From positions 1 through 43,075 of IMG/VR virus record IMGVR_UViG_3300049924_000347: DNA of 43,075 nucleotides. One strand, 5' to 3'. Below, in pieces: positions 18,454-27,267 of this stretch. The translations under genes were made by a program, and so were the position numbers. How positions within the stretch are numbered: the stretch's first letter is position 1; each line of letters opens with the position of its first letter. Origin of the DNA: a virus (lineage: Duplodnaviria; Caudoviricetes). A model generated the notes under the pieces. That model was not told where the DNA came from, did not search any database, and saw only the letters and a program-made list of their open reading frames with translations.

Positions 18454-18717
18454 CTAGTAAATCGTCATGATGTCCTTGTAAATCTCTGAAAAATCCTTTT
18501 TGTAGTAGGCTGCGTAGGCCTTGATAGCCTCCCGCGCCTCGTCTTCGTATGTCCGGCTGAACTTGTCCGGGGGGATTGTCACCCTGACCGCCTTATCCGG
18601 GCTGGTCAGGGTGATACAATCCTCTCCGGGGCACTGCTCCCAGCCTAGGTTGCTGCCGTACTTGCGAAGGTCGTCTGGGGTGGCGCGCATCTCCCTCATA
18701 GGTTGTTTTTGTGCCAA
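18454..18717 (-). CDS. hypothetical protein (possible HicA-like fold)
   Basis: LRKYGSNLGW...VTIP pattern; no GSH motif. Confidence 0.55.
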   Translation of the reverse strand: MAQKQPMREMRATPDDLRKYGSNLGWEQCPGEDCITLTSPDKAVRVTIPPDKFSRTYEDEAREAIKAYAAYYKKDFSEIYKDIMTIY

Positions 18718-18986
18718 TCATTGGACTGAATGAAATTCTCGAATTCCTGCTCAACCTCGCCTATCCTGTCAATGTCATGATCGACCAATGGGAGCAACGA
18801 GAGATAGCTCTCGTAAGCGGTATTGCATCCGTTGGGATCATGGATTGTCAGCTCTGAACGGTCCGTATTATTTGGCTTGATAAACAATAATTTGATTGTG
18901 TATCCCTTTGAGGCAAGGAATTCTGCAATGTCTGTTGGTTTAACTTTTTTGTAATCCATTTCGCGTAATATATTGATAGTGAGCAA
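18696..18986 (-). CDS. hypothetical protein
   Basis: ORF within the operon; start uncertain. Confidence 0.55.
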   Translation of the reverse strand: MLTINILREMDYKKVKPTDIAEFLASKGYTIKLLFIKPNNTDRSELTIHDPNGCNTAYESYLSLLPLVDHDIDRIGEVEQEFENFIQSNDWHKNNL

Positions 18987-18991
18987 TTTAC

Positions 18992-19180
18992 TTAGTTATA
19001 CCCAAACCATCCTGCAAAAAGGCATTTTTCAAAGAATGCCCTTGGCCTTGAGTAGCCCCGCTTCGGGTTCCTGTCCACCTGCCGGTGAAAGTTCGATCCC
19101 CCGACAAAGAAGAGCAGGTGCCCTTCCGGGTTCGATGCGTAGATGATCTGGAATTTTCCGATCTGGTCTGCCCTTACCAT
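18992..19180 (-). CDS. hypothetical protein
   Basis: Start overlaps the upstream stop. Confidence 0.45.
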   Translation of the reverse strand: MVRADQIGKFQIIYASNPEGHLLFFVGGSNFHRQVDRNPKRGYSRPRAFFEKCLFAGWFGYN

Positions 19181-19554
19181 TTGATTTTAACGATGTTGGG
19201 GTACATGGAAAGCAATCCATTCCGATAGCCTACCGTCTGGAATTCATAGGTGGAATCCTGGTGGATGCTGCCGTACCAATCTGAGCTGTTGAAATTCCCG
19301 TAGAATAGGTCGTCTTCCAATTTGAACGTCCCCGCCTCCGTGAAGATGAGATAATAGCTCTCACGCCCGTCCCTGCTGATGATCCGCTCCTTCCCGGTGA
19401 CGGTCGTCTTGATGGCCTGCTTATTGCCATACCCGGACACGGCGGCGGTGATTGATCCTATGGCAAGCAATGCCATTAGGATAAACATCCCTAGGATGAG
19501 TCGCTTTGTCCATTTTTCGCCCTTGAACTGCATTTTATTCATATCTCTGATCAT
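19174..19554 (-). CDS. membrane-anchored protein, DUF1523-like
   Basis: N-terminal TM helix, then VTGKER...YLIFT...F...D....NFNSSD.YG...GYR..LSMYPNI. Confidence 0.7.
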   Translation of the reverse strand: MIRDMNKMQFKGEKWTKRLILGMFILMALLAIGSITAAVSGYGNKQAIKTTVTGKERIISRDGRESYYLIFTEAGTFKLEDDLFYGNFNSSDWYGSIHQDSTYEFQTVGYRNGLLSMYPNIVKIKW

Positions 19555-19916
19555 AGTATTACTTTGGTGTATTTCATCTCGAAGGCATTCAGCAAAACCT
19601 CCTTTTCAGGCCCCCAACCTAGATTCTTAGCCACAATTGCCTTCGCCTCCCCGGGCGTATAGGCCTGAACCCTGCAATTTATATCCTCGTCTGCTGGCCC
19701 TATCACCATCCACCACTCGGCCTTCTTATCTCCAGCTATGGCAGCATCCATCAACTCCGCACAGGCGCGGATGATATCCCCGCTCTGTACTTGCATCCTG
19801 CGGACAACCGCAGGGGTTGCCTTCACGATGGATTCTGCCTTTGTTAAGCAAGTGGCATTGACCTCCTCCCCAGATGCGTCAATGTAGGTCAGCTGAACCT
19901 CGAAATAGTGCTTCAT
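19551..19916 (-). CDS. DUF4494-like protein (copy 1)
   Basis: YFEVQLTY...CLTKAESI...WWMV...VQA..EA two-repeat pattern. Confidence 0.6.
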   Translation of the reverse strand: MKHYFEVQLTYIDASGEEVNATCLTKAESIVKATPAVVRRMQVQSGDIIRACAELMDAAIAGDKKAEWWMVIGPADEDINCRVQAYTPGEAKAIVAKNLGWGPEKEVLLNAFEMKYTKVIL

Positions 19917-19928
19917 TGTCTCTTGTGG

Positions 19929-20330
19929 TTAGATGAGTACCTTTGTGTAAACGATCTCTTTGGTCTCCAAATCCTCTATTTTCAGCTTTTTGTAATATTC
20001 TGAGCCTATTTTGGCGTTGCGGTCGGCATTGACACACACTGCAATTGCTATCGCAAACTCCTTTGTCTCTGCTTGGATTGTCCACTCCCTGTCTTCAGCG
20101 CTCCGATCAGTCACCCGCCACCACTTGAATGGCTCCCTGCTTTCGTCTGGATAGACAAGCACCCTTTGCTCTGAAGAGGTTTTCAATATGTAATCGCTCG
20201 GAATCCGCAACCGGCGAATTGCTGTCGGTATTGATTTAGTGATAGATTCGGCCTTGACTAGGTAGATTCCCTCAAAAATACCCGGGGAATCATTAAAAAA
20301 ACTGAGCTTAACCTCAAAGTACTGCTTCAT
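19929..20330 (-). CDS. DUF4494-like protein (copy 2)
   Basis: YFEVKLSF...YLVKAESI...WWRV...IQAET; tandem paralogue of 19551. Confidence 0.6.
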   Translation of the reverse strand: MKQYFEVKLSFFNDSPGIFEGIYLVKAESITKSIPTAIRRLRIPSDYILKTSSEQRVLVYPDESREPFKWWRVTDRSAEDREWTIQAETKEFAIAIAVCVNADRNAKIGSEYYKKLKIEDLETKEIVYTKVLI

Positions 20331-20336
20331 TTCAAT

Positions 20337-20528
20337 TCAATGTAATTTACCCATCCATTTCGTAATCACCGGCGGTATCCTGACCTCCAGGATGTCCCCG
20401 GCGATGGTGGTATTCATTGACCAATCCGGCCCGTGGGTCTGCTCGTTGGCCTTTAGCAACTTGCGCGCCCTGCTGACCGCCTGCTTGGCAGTCTCCCCCG
20501 GTTCCTGCCGAATGATCATCTCAACCAT
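20337..20528 (-). CDS. hypothetical protein
   Basis: TAAATTTG 4 nt before the ATG (leaderless). Confidence 0.6.
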   Translation of the reverse strand: MVEMIIRQEPGETAKQAVSRARKLLKANEQTHGPDWSMNTTIAGDILEVRIPPVITKWMGKLH

Positions 20529-20532
20529 GGGA

Positions 20533-20590
20533 CAAATTTAGGTGGTTAATTTTGGAAATGCAAATATTTTGCTTAATTTTGTTCCCATGA
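20533..20590. promoter_or_regulatory. divergent promoter pair
   Basis: Minus TTGCA...TAAATTTG towards 20528; plus TAATTTTG ending at 20581. Confidence 0.55.
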
Positions 20591-20602
20591 TTGATAAGAA
20601 AA

Positions 20603-21085
20603 ATGAATAAGCGCAAAATTTACATTGTCGAGCTGCTTTGCCCGCCCCCGCCACTGCGGGAGATTCCAGTGCAGAAGGAATTCAACAGCGTTGTTGAGCT
20701 GAAGGAATTTTGCCGGGACAGGAAAATCCAGACGTTTTGGAGGCAGGGGTCTCCATTTAAGGGACTTCGCAAGTACACAAAGGATGGGTGGGACATTGAT
20801 ATCGACCGCAAGCCCCGCAATACGCACCTTACAGTAAATGCGTGGCCGCTGAATACCGCCCCGAGGGATGAGAAGGCCGTCAATTGGGCAAGGCTGCACT
20901 ATGGAAAGCCATTTCAATGCAAGTCCTTCCGCAGGATCGTTAAATATCTCAAATTGGCTGGCTATGATATTAGCCACTTCACGGGCTATCATTCCATCCG
21001 GCACGGATTCTGGGAAGTCCCCGGGGTGATTCGTGTCCGGGCGGTCGATTTTGCGGAGCAGTTTGTCGAGGTTCCGTTGGTTTAG
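20603..21085 (+). CDS. basic hypothetical protein, possibly DNA-binding
   Basis: Lone plus-strand gene with its own promoter and terminator; KEFNSVVEL and PFQCKSFRRI segments resemble NUMOD1-type helices. Confidence 0.65.
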   Translation: MNKRKIYIVELLCPPPPLREIPVQKEFNSVVELKEFCRDRKIQTFWRQGSPFKGLRKYTKDGWDIDIDRKPRNTHLTVNAWPLNTAPRDEKAVNWARLHYGKPFQCKSFRRIVKYLKLAGYDISHFTGYHSIRHGFWEVPGVIRVRAVDFAEQFVEVPLV

Positions 21086-21108
21086 AGTTTCATGCAGTGT
21101 TTTTGGGT

Positions 21109-21144
21109 CCGGGGGACGGCTTAATCGCCGTCCCCCTTGTTTTT
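21109..21144 (+). terminator. intrinsic terminator
   Basis: GGGGGACGGC-ttaatc-GCCGTCCCCC followed by TTGTTTTT. Confidence 0.7.
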
Positions 21145-21450
21145 GCCCCAATTATTGCCCTTGCCTACAGTCTCATCCGCTAGCTGTCGGTAAGCCCGGA
21201 GTAATAGCAAGTCATCTTTCGTGAAGTCATCTTGCACTGGCGGTGTCTCCCGCTTACCAGCTTCCATCTGAAGGCTGGCTATCCTGTCCCGGAGTTCCAC
21301 AACCATCCGCAGGAGGTCTCCGTGCTGGTGGGCCAACGCCTCCACATAGCCGGGCGTGTGGTTGGTGGCCTTTGCAACGAGCCACTGGGTGGCCTTGTTG
21401 AATGGGTCGTGCTTCTGGGCCAATTGATAGAGTACCGTGCTGAGTTGCAT
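21121..21450 (-). CDS. hypothetical protein, possible HTH regulator
   Basis: TQWLVAKATNHTPGYV is HTH-like; LLLRAYRQL tail resembles XRE repressors. Confidence 0.5.
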   Translation of the reverse strand: MQLSTVLYQLAQKHDPFNKATQWLVAKATNHTPGYVEALAHQHGDLLRMVVELRDRIASLQMEAGKRETPPVQDDFTKDDLLLLRAYRQLADETVGKGNNWGKNKGDGD

Positions 21451-21473
21451 TTTGCTCAATGTGTTGAGTTAAT

Positions 21474-22394
21474 TTACGCGTCCATCTGAGTATAATTCCA
21501 GTAGAAATCAAACACCGTGCAGCATTGCAGGTCGCTTAGGTCGGGGAATTCATTGATATTTGCCGCCGACGGCTCCCGCTTGTTGTAAACGAGCTTCTCA
21601 TTCAGCTGCTGTTTGATTTCATCCATCTTGGCAGCATTAAGCGGTGCTTCCATCTTGTCCACCATGCGTGCATGATTCGGCCATTTGTAGATGAAATCCT
21701 TCTGGAACAGCTCCACGGTATGAATCCGGGCCTTGGCAGCATCCCACACCCTGTCCCGTTCCATGTCGGTGATCATCTGGCGAATCATTGCCCGGGCGGC
21801 TTCCCGCTGCTCAGCATTCCCGCCAGACCAGAATCGGACGCGCCAATCCTTGACACCTAGCGCGGCGCGCATCTTCTTGGTGGCCGTGGCAATTGCAGGC
21901 CACTCCCGCTTCAATGCCTCCGAAGGGGTTCCCCAATAGGCATTGCCCTGGGTGCTTCTGGGGAGCTGCCGTGCCTCTGAATCGGCCTCGGCCTTGCGGT
22001 TCTTTTCGTGCTGCCTTGCATCCAGCATCTCCTCAATGTCCACTCCGTAGAGGCGGGGAAATGCGCTTGGGATCGGGCTGATCTGCTGCTGCTTTTTATA
22101 GGCAGCGTCCCTGATTGCGTCGGCAAATTGGCGCGGGGTCAGGGATCCGAACTTCCGGGCAAGGCGTTCAACTAGGTTAAATTCCTCGGTGCTGTTGGTG
22201 GGCACAGATGCTGCCGGAATCTGGAGCAGGTCGATCCTGACCTCCACCCACTTTGACAGCAGGGCAATGCATATTTCATTACTGAACGGCTGCTGATCCT
22301 TGATTGGCGTATCTTTTTCATAGCCCCGACTCCCGCGCATGACGGATTGCGGCTGCGGCGTACTCTTCTGCCTGTTGTTTTCTTGAATATCCAT
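21474..22394 (-). CDS. hypothetical replication protein (helicase-loader position)
   Basis: Overlaps the 3' end of the initiator, in the lambda O-P arrangement. Confidence 0.5.
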   Translation of the reverse strand: MDIQENNRQKSTPQPQSVMRGSRGYEKDTPIKDQQPFSNEICIALLSKWVEVRIDLLQIPAASVPTNSTEEFNLVERLARKFGSLTPRQFADAIRDAAYKKQQQISPIPSAFPRLYGVDIEEMLDARQHEKNRKAEADSEARQLPRSTQGNAYWGTPSEALKREWPAIATATKKMRAALGVKDWRVRFWSGGNAEQREAARAMIRQMITDMERDRVWDAAKARIHTVELFQKDFIYKWPNHARMVDKMEAPLNAAKMDEIKQQLNEKLVYNKREPSAANINEFPDLSDLQCCTVFDFYWNYTQMDA

Positions 22395-23292
22395 TGCCTT
22401 TTGCTAGTTTTTGATCCAAATTGAGTAAATCTTGCGTGTAATCGGTCTCAAAATCCCTGTCCCGCAGGTAATTTTGGGCGTCCTTTGTCTTGCGTTGCTG
22501 CTTTTCACACCATTTTACGTACGTCGCGGCCCGGTTTTTCAGAAACTCGTGGGCTTCCTGCTCGGGTGTACCCCTGTTTTTCAGGTCAAACATGGCTGCG
22601 ACGTATGCCATTTCCACCCTTCGCTCGCTTTGCGGACCTCCATAGGCCTGAATGAACGCCCGGACGTGCGGAATGTAGCTCCCGATCCCGGGTGCTTTAT
22701 CCTCCCGCCATTCGACTTCCTGAACCTCGACCGCCTCGACCTCTTGCGCGCCCGCGCCGTTCGTTCGTTCGTTCGTGTTCGTTCGTTCTTGTTCTTGTTC
22801 GTTCCCTTCGTTCGTTCGTTCGTTCGTTCGTTCGTTCGTTCGTTCGTTCGTTCGTATAGGAAAGTCAGCGAATTTTTCCGCTACTTTCCGAAACGTTCCG
22901 GGACTTTCCGAAACGTTCCCGTACTTGTCTGTAGTTGGCGGAGACTGCCCGGGTTTTTCCGGTACCTTCCGCTTCCCAGACGTAAAGAATGGCTTCAAAT
23001 CCTGCTCCAAGCCATCGATCCATATCACCCCCTTGGCGTATAGTTCAGGATCGATTGCCAACCTTTCGGCGGCAAAGTCAAGGAATGCCCGGAGCTGGTC
23101 CGTGGTGCATCCCATCTCATATTCAAGCGTCTCCCGGTTTAGCAGGTTGCTAATGTCAAGCCACAGGGTGGGAACCTCCCCTATGCAGTTTCGGAGGATT
23201 GCCCACTTGCCGACCCCGTCGACTCCCATGTGCCGCTTTAGGCTCTTAACGAAGCTGTTGTTGTAAAATGGAATATATTCCGGTGTTTTCAT
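22318..23292 (-). CDS. replication initiator (lambda O / DUF4373-like) with internal origin
   Basis: N-terminal LKRHMGVDGVGKW; central TNER-repeat linker carrying iterons; C-terminal KDAQNYLRDRDFE. Confidence 0.75.
   Translation of the reverse strand: MKTPEYIPFYNNSFVKSLKRHMGVDGVGKWAILRNCIGEVPTLWLDISNLLNRETLEYEMGCTTDQLRAFLDFAAERLAIDPELYAKGVIWIDGLEQDLKPFFTSGKRKVPEKPGQSPPTTDKYGNVSESPGTFRKVAEKFADFPIRTNERTNERTNERTNEGNEQEQERTNTNERTNGAGAQEVEAVEVQEVEWREDKAPGIGSYIPHVRAFIQAYGGPQSERRVEMAYVAAMFDLKNRGTPEQEAHEFLKNRAATYVKWCEKQQRKTKDAQNYLRDRDFETDYTQDLLNLDQKLAKGNGYSRKQQAEEYAAAAIRHARESGL
22738..22967. repeat. putative replication origin: (TTCG)12 and TTCC-N3-ACTT iterons
   Basis: Perfect (TTCG)12 at 22807-22854; palindrome at 22862-22886; half-sites at 22876, 22896, 22916 (20-bp period) and a variant at 22957. 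Confidence 0.75.
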
Positions 23293-23462
23293 GTGATTAT
23301 TTTTATGTTGGTTGCCCCCGGGATGTTGTTGAAATCCTCAACAAAGTTGTTCCATCCAATTTCCCATTTGCGCTTCAATTCTAGGTTTTCGCTAACTATT
23401 GGCTGCGACAAATCGGCAAAACCCTGTCCGGATCCGATGGGAGGCAGGAGCAAGCTAGTAGC

Positions 23463-23669
23463 CTAGTTCTCATTCGTTTCGTCAATTAATTGTTTCAAAT
23501 CACTGCAAAGCCGGCTTGCCTCCTGTATGTCAATCGTGATTGGCAGCCGGGAAACGTCGCCGTTTTCGTCTTTGGCCAGTAGGCTAAGGATGATCCTCCC
23601 GTCATTTCTGGACAGCTCAATCACCCTGAATGCGTCGCGGTTGCTTTCGCCGTGGTAGCGGGTGATCAT
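23463..23669 (-). CDS. hypothetical protein
   Basis: ATGA-coupled to the upstream gene. Confidence 0.6.
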   Translation of the reverse strand: MITRYHGESNRDAFRVIELSRNDGRIILSLLAKDENGDVSRLPITIDIQEASRLCSDLKQLIDETNEN

Positions 23670-24013
23670 TCTTCTTTATTGATTAAATCCAGCAATCTCT
23701 TGATATCATTCTCAATCTGGGTAAGGTTATCGGCGATCTCCTGATGTCCGATGCCTATCGGTTCCCTCGGATGGGCAATGTGGCCGCGTTCATGCTCGGA
23801 GCGTTCCACGTGCAGGAGCAGGTCTATTAGCATCGGGAGCTGGTCGCGGCGTAATTCGAGATACTGGTCTATTTTGTCTCCGATCATTTTTGTGATCGAA
23901 ATTCTGCCGTTTTGCCACCTCCGCGAAATGATCGACAAATCCCCGCTAGTGAACGAGTCCTCAGTCTCAATTGGCCCGCCCGGGACGTATTCGATGGTAT
24001 TTATCTCTATCAT
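23666..24013 (-). CDS. hypothetical protein
   Basis: ATGA-coupled; ISITKM...QLPMLIDLL resembles the C-terminus of 24010. Confidence 0.65.
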   Translation of the reverse strand: MIEINTIEYVPGGPIETEDSFTSGDLSIISRRWQNGRISITKMIGDKIDQYLELRRDQLPMLIDLLLHVERSEHERGHIAHPREPIGIGHQEIADNLTQIENDIKRLLDLINKEE

Positions 24014-24555
24014 GGCTGTAGGTTGTTTTGGGCAAACTGGAGTAGTTCAATCAAGACTGGAATTTCGTTCGGTGCCATCTTTACGTGCTGTATTAGCTGA
24101 CGCTTTCCCTCGATTAGGATAAACTTTTTGATGGAAACTTGATCCCTTTCCCCTGGTTCCTGCTCTACCCGCAGGGTGCGGATGCCTACCGCTTTCTCAC
24201 AGTAAAAGCCATCCCCATCCTTTTTATCCCAATCTGGGTCCACATTTTGCCGCTCACTTTCCACCGGCAAAGGCTTTTGTTGCTCAGATTCTCCCACTTC
24301 GTAAACGACAAAGGCCTTCATGCCATTGTCCAGCAGGTGAATCACCCGGTCGGTGATCTTCACGCCGGGCGTGTTTAGCAGCCGCTCGTATTCCCGAAGG
24401 GAGTAGATGATCTCTGCTTTTTGCCCTGGCTTTTTGTGCAAGCGAGTAGCAGCCTCCAGCAGCTGATGTGCCTTAGCTTGCTTTTGCATTGCCTCAATTG
24501 CAGCCCCTGCCTTCCTGATGTACCCGGATTCGGGGGTTTCCTGATTTTGCTTCAT
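24010..24555 (-). CDS. hypothetical protein
   Basis: ATGA-coupled; LLNTPGVKI segment shared with 24552. Confidence 0.7.
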   Translation of the reverse strand: MKQNQETPESGYIRKAGAAIEAMQKQAKAHQLLEAATRLHKKPGQKAEIIYSLREYERLLNTPGVKITDRVIHLLDNGMKAFVVYEVGESEQQKPLPVESERQNVDPDWDKKDGDGFYCEKAVGIRTLRVEQEPGERDQVSIKKFILIEGKRQLIQHVKMAPNEIPVLIELLQFAQNNLQP

Positions 24556-24779
24556 TTCTTTGTGTGCTTTGAAAATGTTTGAGCCATAGCCATTTTGGCA
24601 AAAAGCGCGCCCGATGGTTGCCCAAAGTCCGGCGCGAGTTCCTGCATTGTGTTCCTGTAAGTCACCAAAACAAGCGGCTCCCCGACCTCTGAATAGGTGT
24701 CCTCAGTGTCCAGAATCTTGATTCCGGGTGTATTCTCCAGCTCAATTAGCTGCCAGTGTGTCATCAATTCCGTTTTCAT
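24552..24779 (-). CDS. hypothetical protein
   Basis: First gene after the promoter at 24799. Confidence 0.65.
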   Translation of the reverse strand: MKTELMTHWQLIELENTPGIKILDTEDTYSEVGEPLVLVTYRNTMQELAPDFGQPSGALFAKMAMAQTFSKHTKK

Positions 24780-24798
24780 TGCTTTAATTATTATCCTG

Positions 24799-24830
24799 CA
24801 AATATACTAGCGATAATTTGAATAGTCAAT
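24799..24830 (-). promoter_or_regulatory. promoter of the replication operon
   Basis: Minus strand TTGACTATTCAAATTATCGCTAGTATATTTG. Confidence 0.65.
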
Positions 24831-24844
24831 AGCTCCCAAAAAAT

Positions 24845-25372
24845 TTACACCATCCCCAAGCGGAGCATCTCAAAGTAAATCCTAACCGTTGCCATTACGT
24901 CGTTCAGTGCATCGTGCGAGCCTTCAAAGCCCTTTTTGAATAGGCGAATGTGCAGCTCCTCCAGCTTAGGCCACTTTTGCCCTGAAAGCGTCCCCCTTGC
25001 CATCGTGCATAGGGTCGCCTTTGGCTGCGGGGTTAGGTCGGTCAGGTGGTACCGCTCAATGTCGTTTTTCACCATCCGCAGGTCAAACGCCAGATTGTGG
25101 GCCACGGCCAAATCCACCCGATTAAGCCGATCGACAAACTCCCACAGGATATCGTGTGGCTTGTTGCCCGTCTCCTCTACCCATTGGCGGCTGATGCCAT
25201 GCACGGCCTCGGCGCGGGGATCCATCTCCCATTCCCCGCGTGGGAGAATGGAGTTATTGCGGCACTCCAGCACCTCCCCCTCCCCGTCCGTCACCACCCA
25301 TGCGAGCTGAATGATCGGCCCCTTTAGGCTGGCCGTCTCGGTGTCAAAAAACAAGATTCGCTTTTCCATCAT
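24845..25372 (-). CDS. DEDDh 3'-5' exonuclease (DnaQ-like)
   Basis: FFDTET, AHNLAFD and HDALNDV motifs. Confidence 0.92.
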   Translation of the reverse strand: MMEKRILFFDTETASLKGPIIQLAWVVTDGEGEVLECRNNSILPRGEWEMDPRAEAVHGISRQWVEETGNKPHDILWEFVDRLNRVDLAVAHNLAFDLRMVKNDIERYHLTDLTPQPKATLCTMARGTLSGQKWPKLEELHIRLFKKGFEGSHDALNDVMATVRIYFEMLRLGMV

Positions 25373-26202
25373 GCGTACACCTTGAATTTCCGGACGCCGT
25401 TTTTGTCGGCTTTCCAAGTGCAGACGGTCTTGCCGTCGAACTTAGCCCGCTCGGCTGCTCCCATGGCAATGACGATGCGTTGCCGGGCTTCCTGCATTTG
25501 CTCCTCCAGGTTGCATTTGGCGGCGTTCAGCTCTGAATAAAGCCGGGTAAGTTCGACAAACCCGGGATCGGCCTCCAGCGTGCTGCCGTCATCCTTGGGC
25601 CACATGGTCAGTGCGTCGGCTTCGGTCACGGGTGGCGGGGGAATATCTCCCACCACGTGCTTTTCCCACCATTCCGTTGCCTGCTGGAGAACCTCCCGGC
25701 AGTACGCCTCGTTGTATTCAATCTCAAACCGCTGGTAATCGCTGACGAGCGGGCCGAATATCGCCAAATGCGCCTTCCTTACCCCCGTAACCAACATTTG
25801 CCACTGGCATTGGAGCCAGAAGTGGGGCGCGTCGTCCTGAATGGTGACGATCCGTTTTAGGGTGGATTTGCATTCGACTACAGCCACTGGGCGCGCCTTA
25901 TGGTCAATCTCGAATCCGTCCGGCGTTGCCGATGCGATCTCATCTTCCAATATGAACGGCTTGCTATTCGGAACAATCGTACCACTGATCTCCCCGTCCA
26001 TCCATGTGAGTATCATGTCCTCTTGCAGATTCCCGCGCTTCGTATGCTCGTTGCCCTCAAAGGGCGGCTTCCTGCCGGTCTTTTCCAGCCATACCTCTAA
26101 GGGTGTCTTGTATTCCGAAAGCCCGATTACGGCTGCTATCTCGGATGCTCCGATCGTCTGGGCGCGGAGCTTGTGATCTATTTTGCTCATTGCCTTGATC
26201 AT
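25369..26202 (-). CDS. YqaJ-like viral recombination exonuclease
   Basis: IGASEIAAV, ATPDG, ECKS and QCQWQM motifs. Confidence 0.93.
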   Translation of the reverse strand: MIKAMSKIDHKLRAQTIGASEIAAVIGLSEYKTPLEVWLEKTGRKPPFEGNEHTKRGNLQEDMILTWMDGEISGTIVPNSKPFILEDEIASATPDGFEIDHKARPVAVVECKSTLKRIVTIQDDAPHFWLQCQWQMLVTGVRKAHLAIFGPLVSDYQRFEIEYNEAYCREVLQQATEWWEKHVVGDIPPPPVTEADALTMWPKDDGSTLEADPGFVELTRLYSELNAAKCNLEEQMQEARQRIVIAMGAAERAKFDGKTVCTWKADKNGVRKFKVYA

Positions 26203-27164
26203 TTACTGCCAAACAATTTCCCCTGTTGAGCGGCCTCCTTAGCCATCTGGGCCTGAAATGCTGCCTCGTTTTGCTGCTCTTCGGTCAATTCAGGATGCGG
26301 TACCGCAACCGTCACCGGCTGGGCGGGAGCCTCGATAGCCGGTGCTGTAGCCGATGCCTCTATCACGGCCTCAATCTCATCGGTTGGGTAGCTGTACTCC
26401 AGCGATCCGGCCTCGATTTGATCGAGGGATGGGATACTTTCATCTGCCATGGAAGCCGCCCGCCAATGGTCCTCGGCGGGAATGAACTTGAGAACCTGCT
26501 TAATGGCTTTGGCCATTGCCATTTTGTCAAAGTCGGTTGCCCATGCGCCAGCAACCCCGCGGCCTTGCATGGGATTCTTTAGCCTGAGCCGCTCAATCAT
26601 CCTACGGGAAAGCACTGCAAATGTCTCGTGGCCGCTTGCCATGGTGGCAATGGCATACGCCCAAGTCACCTTGCCAGGGTCTCCGAAGTTTGGCCCTGGG
26701 CGGTGGTGGATGCGATTGTCCGAGCCTAGCAGCGGTTTGAACTCGTCCCCTTCGTACACGGCTGCGGCGCGTATTCCTTTGATGGTGCCGCCCTTGGCTG
26801 CCATCTTGATCCAGCCGTGATAGCCGAGCTGCATTTGGACTTTGCCGCCGTATGGCACGAAATAGCACTCCCCGAAGGCCGGGTTGGGCGACAATCCAAG
26901 CATTGAGCATTGCATCACCGCGGCCACGATTGATTGCGGGTCGCATTCCTTGAGTTTCCCGTCGGCTCCGGCAAATACGATTGCGCATCCGGTGATGATC
27001 CTGTCAATGTCGAGGCCTTTTTCCGGTGCCACGCGTGCCAGTGTCTGGCGGTACTTGGCAAACATTGCCTCAAAGTGGGCGAGGCTGTTTTTGGGCGGGG
27101 CTGCCTTAACCACCCCCCCGGGGGTTCCCGCAATTGCGTTTTTTAATGTCTCTTTAGCTGTCAT
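26199..27164 (-). CDS. recT: RecT-family single-strand annealing protein
   Basis: CDPQSI, YFVPYG, QLGYHG, AVYEGDEF and W.TDFDKMA motifs. Confidence 0.93.
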   Translation of the reverse strand: MTAKETLKNAIAGTPGGVVKAAPPKNSLAHFEAMFAKYRQTLARVAPEKGLDIDRIITGCAIVFAGADGKLKECDPQSIVAAVMQCSMLGLSPNPAFGECYFVPYGGKVQMQLGYHGWIKMAAKGGTIKGIRAAAVYEGDEFKPLLGSDNRIHHRPGPNFGDPGKVTWAYAIATMASGHETFAVLSRRMIERLRLKNPMQGRGVAGAWATDFDKMAMAKAIKQVLKFIPAEDHWRAASMADESIPSLDQIEAGSLEYSYPTDEIEAVIEASATAPAIEAPAQPVTVAVPHPELTEEQQNEAAFQAQMAKEAAQQGKLFGSK

Positions 27165-27195
27165 AAATTTTTCGCGTCGCTTTTATTTTATCGAC

Positions 27196-27250
27196 TCTAC
27201 AAAATTAATGGGTTTGATTTGCTTTTGCAATAGGCTTTCGTATATTTGTG
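27196..27250. promoter_or_regulatory. divergent promoters (recT operon / small membrane proteins)
   Basis: Minus TTGCAAAAGCAAATCAAACCCATTAATTTTG; plus TATATTTG at 27241. Confidence 0.6.
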
Positions 27251-27267
27251 CAAATAATTTTGATGGT

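Noticed and set aside
8350-22967. The two AAC/GAAC-rich regions as a DGR template/variable repeat pair
   Set aside because: No reverse transcriptase ORF; the differences include indels and are not adenine-specific
718-23465. TAG stop-codon reassignment (in-frame continuation after TAG at 720 and 23463)
   Set aside because: All conserved genes are intact in the standard code, and other TAG stops (4401, 18454, 31201) are followed by out-of-frame starts
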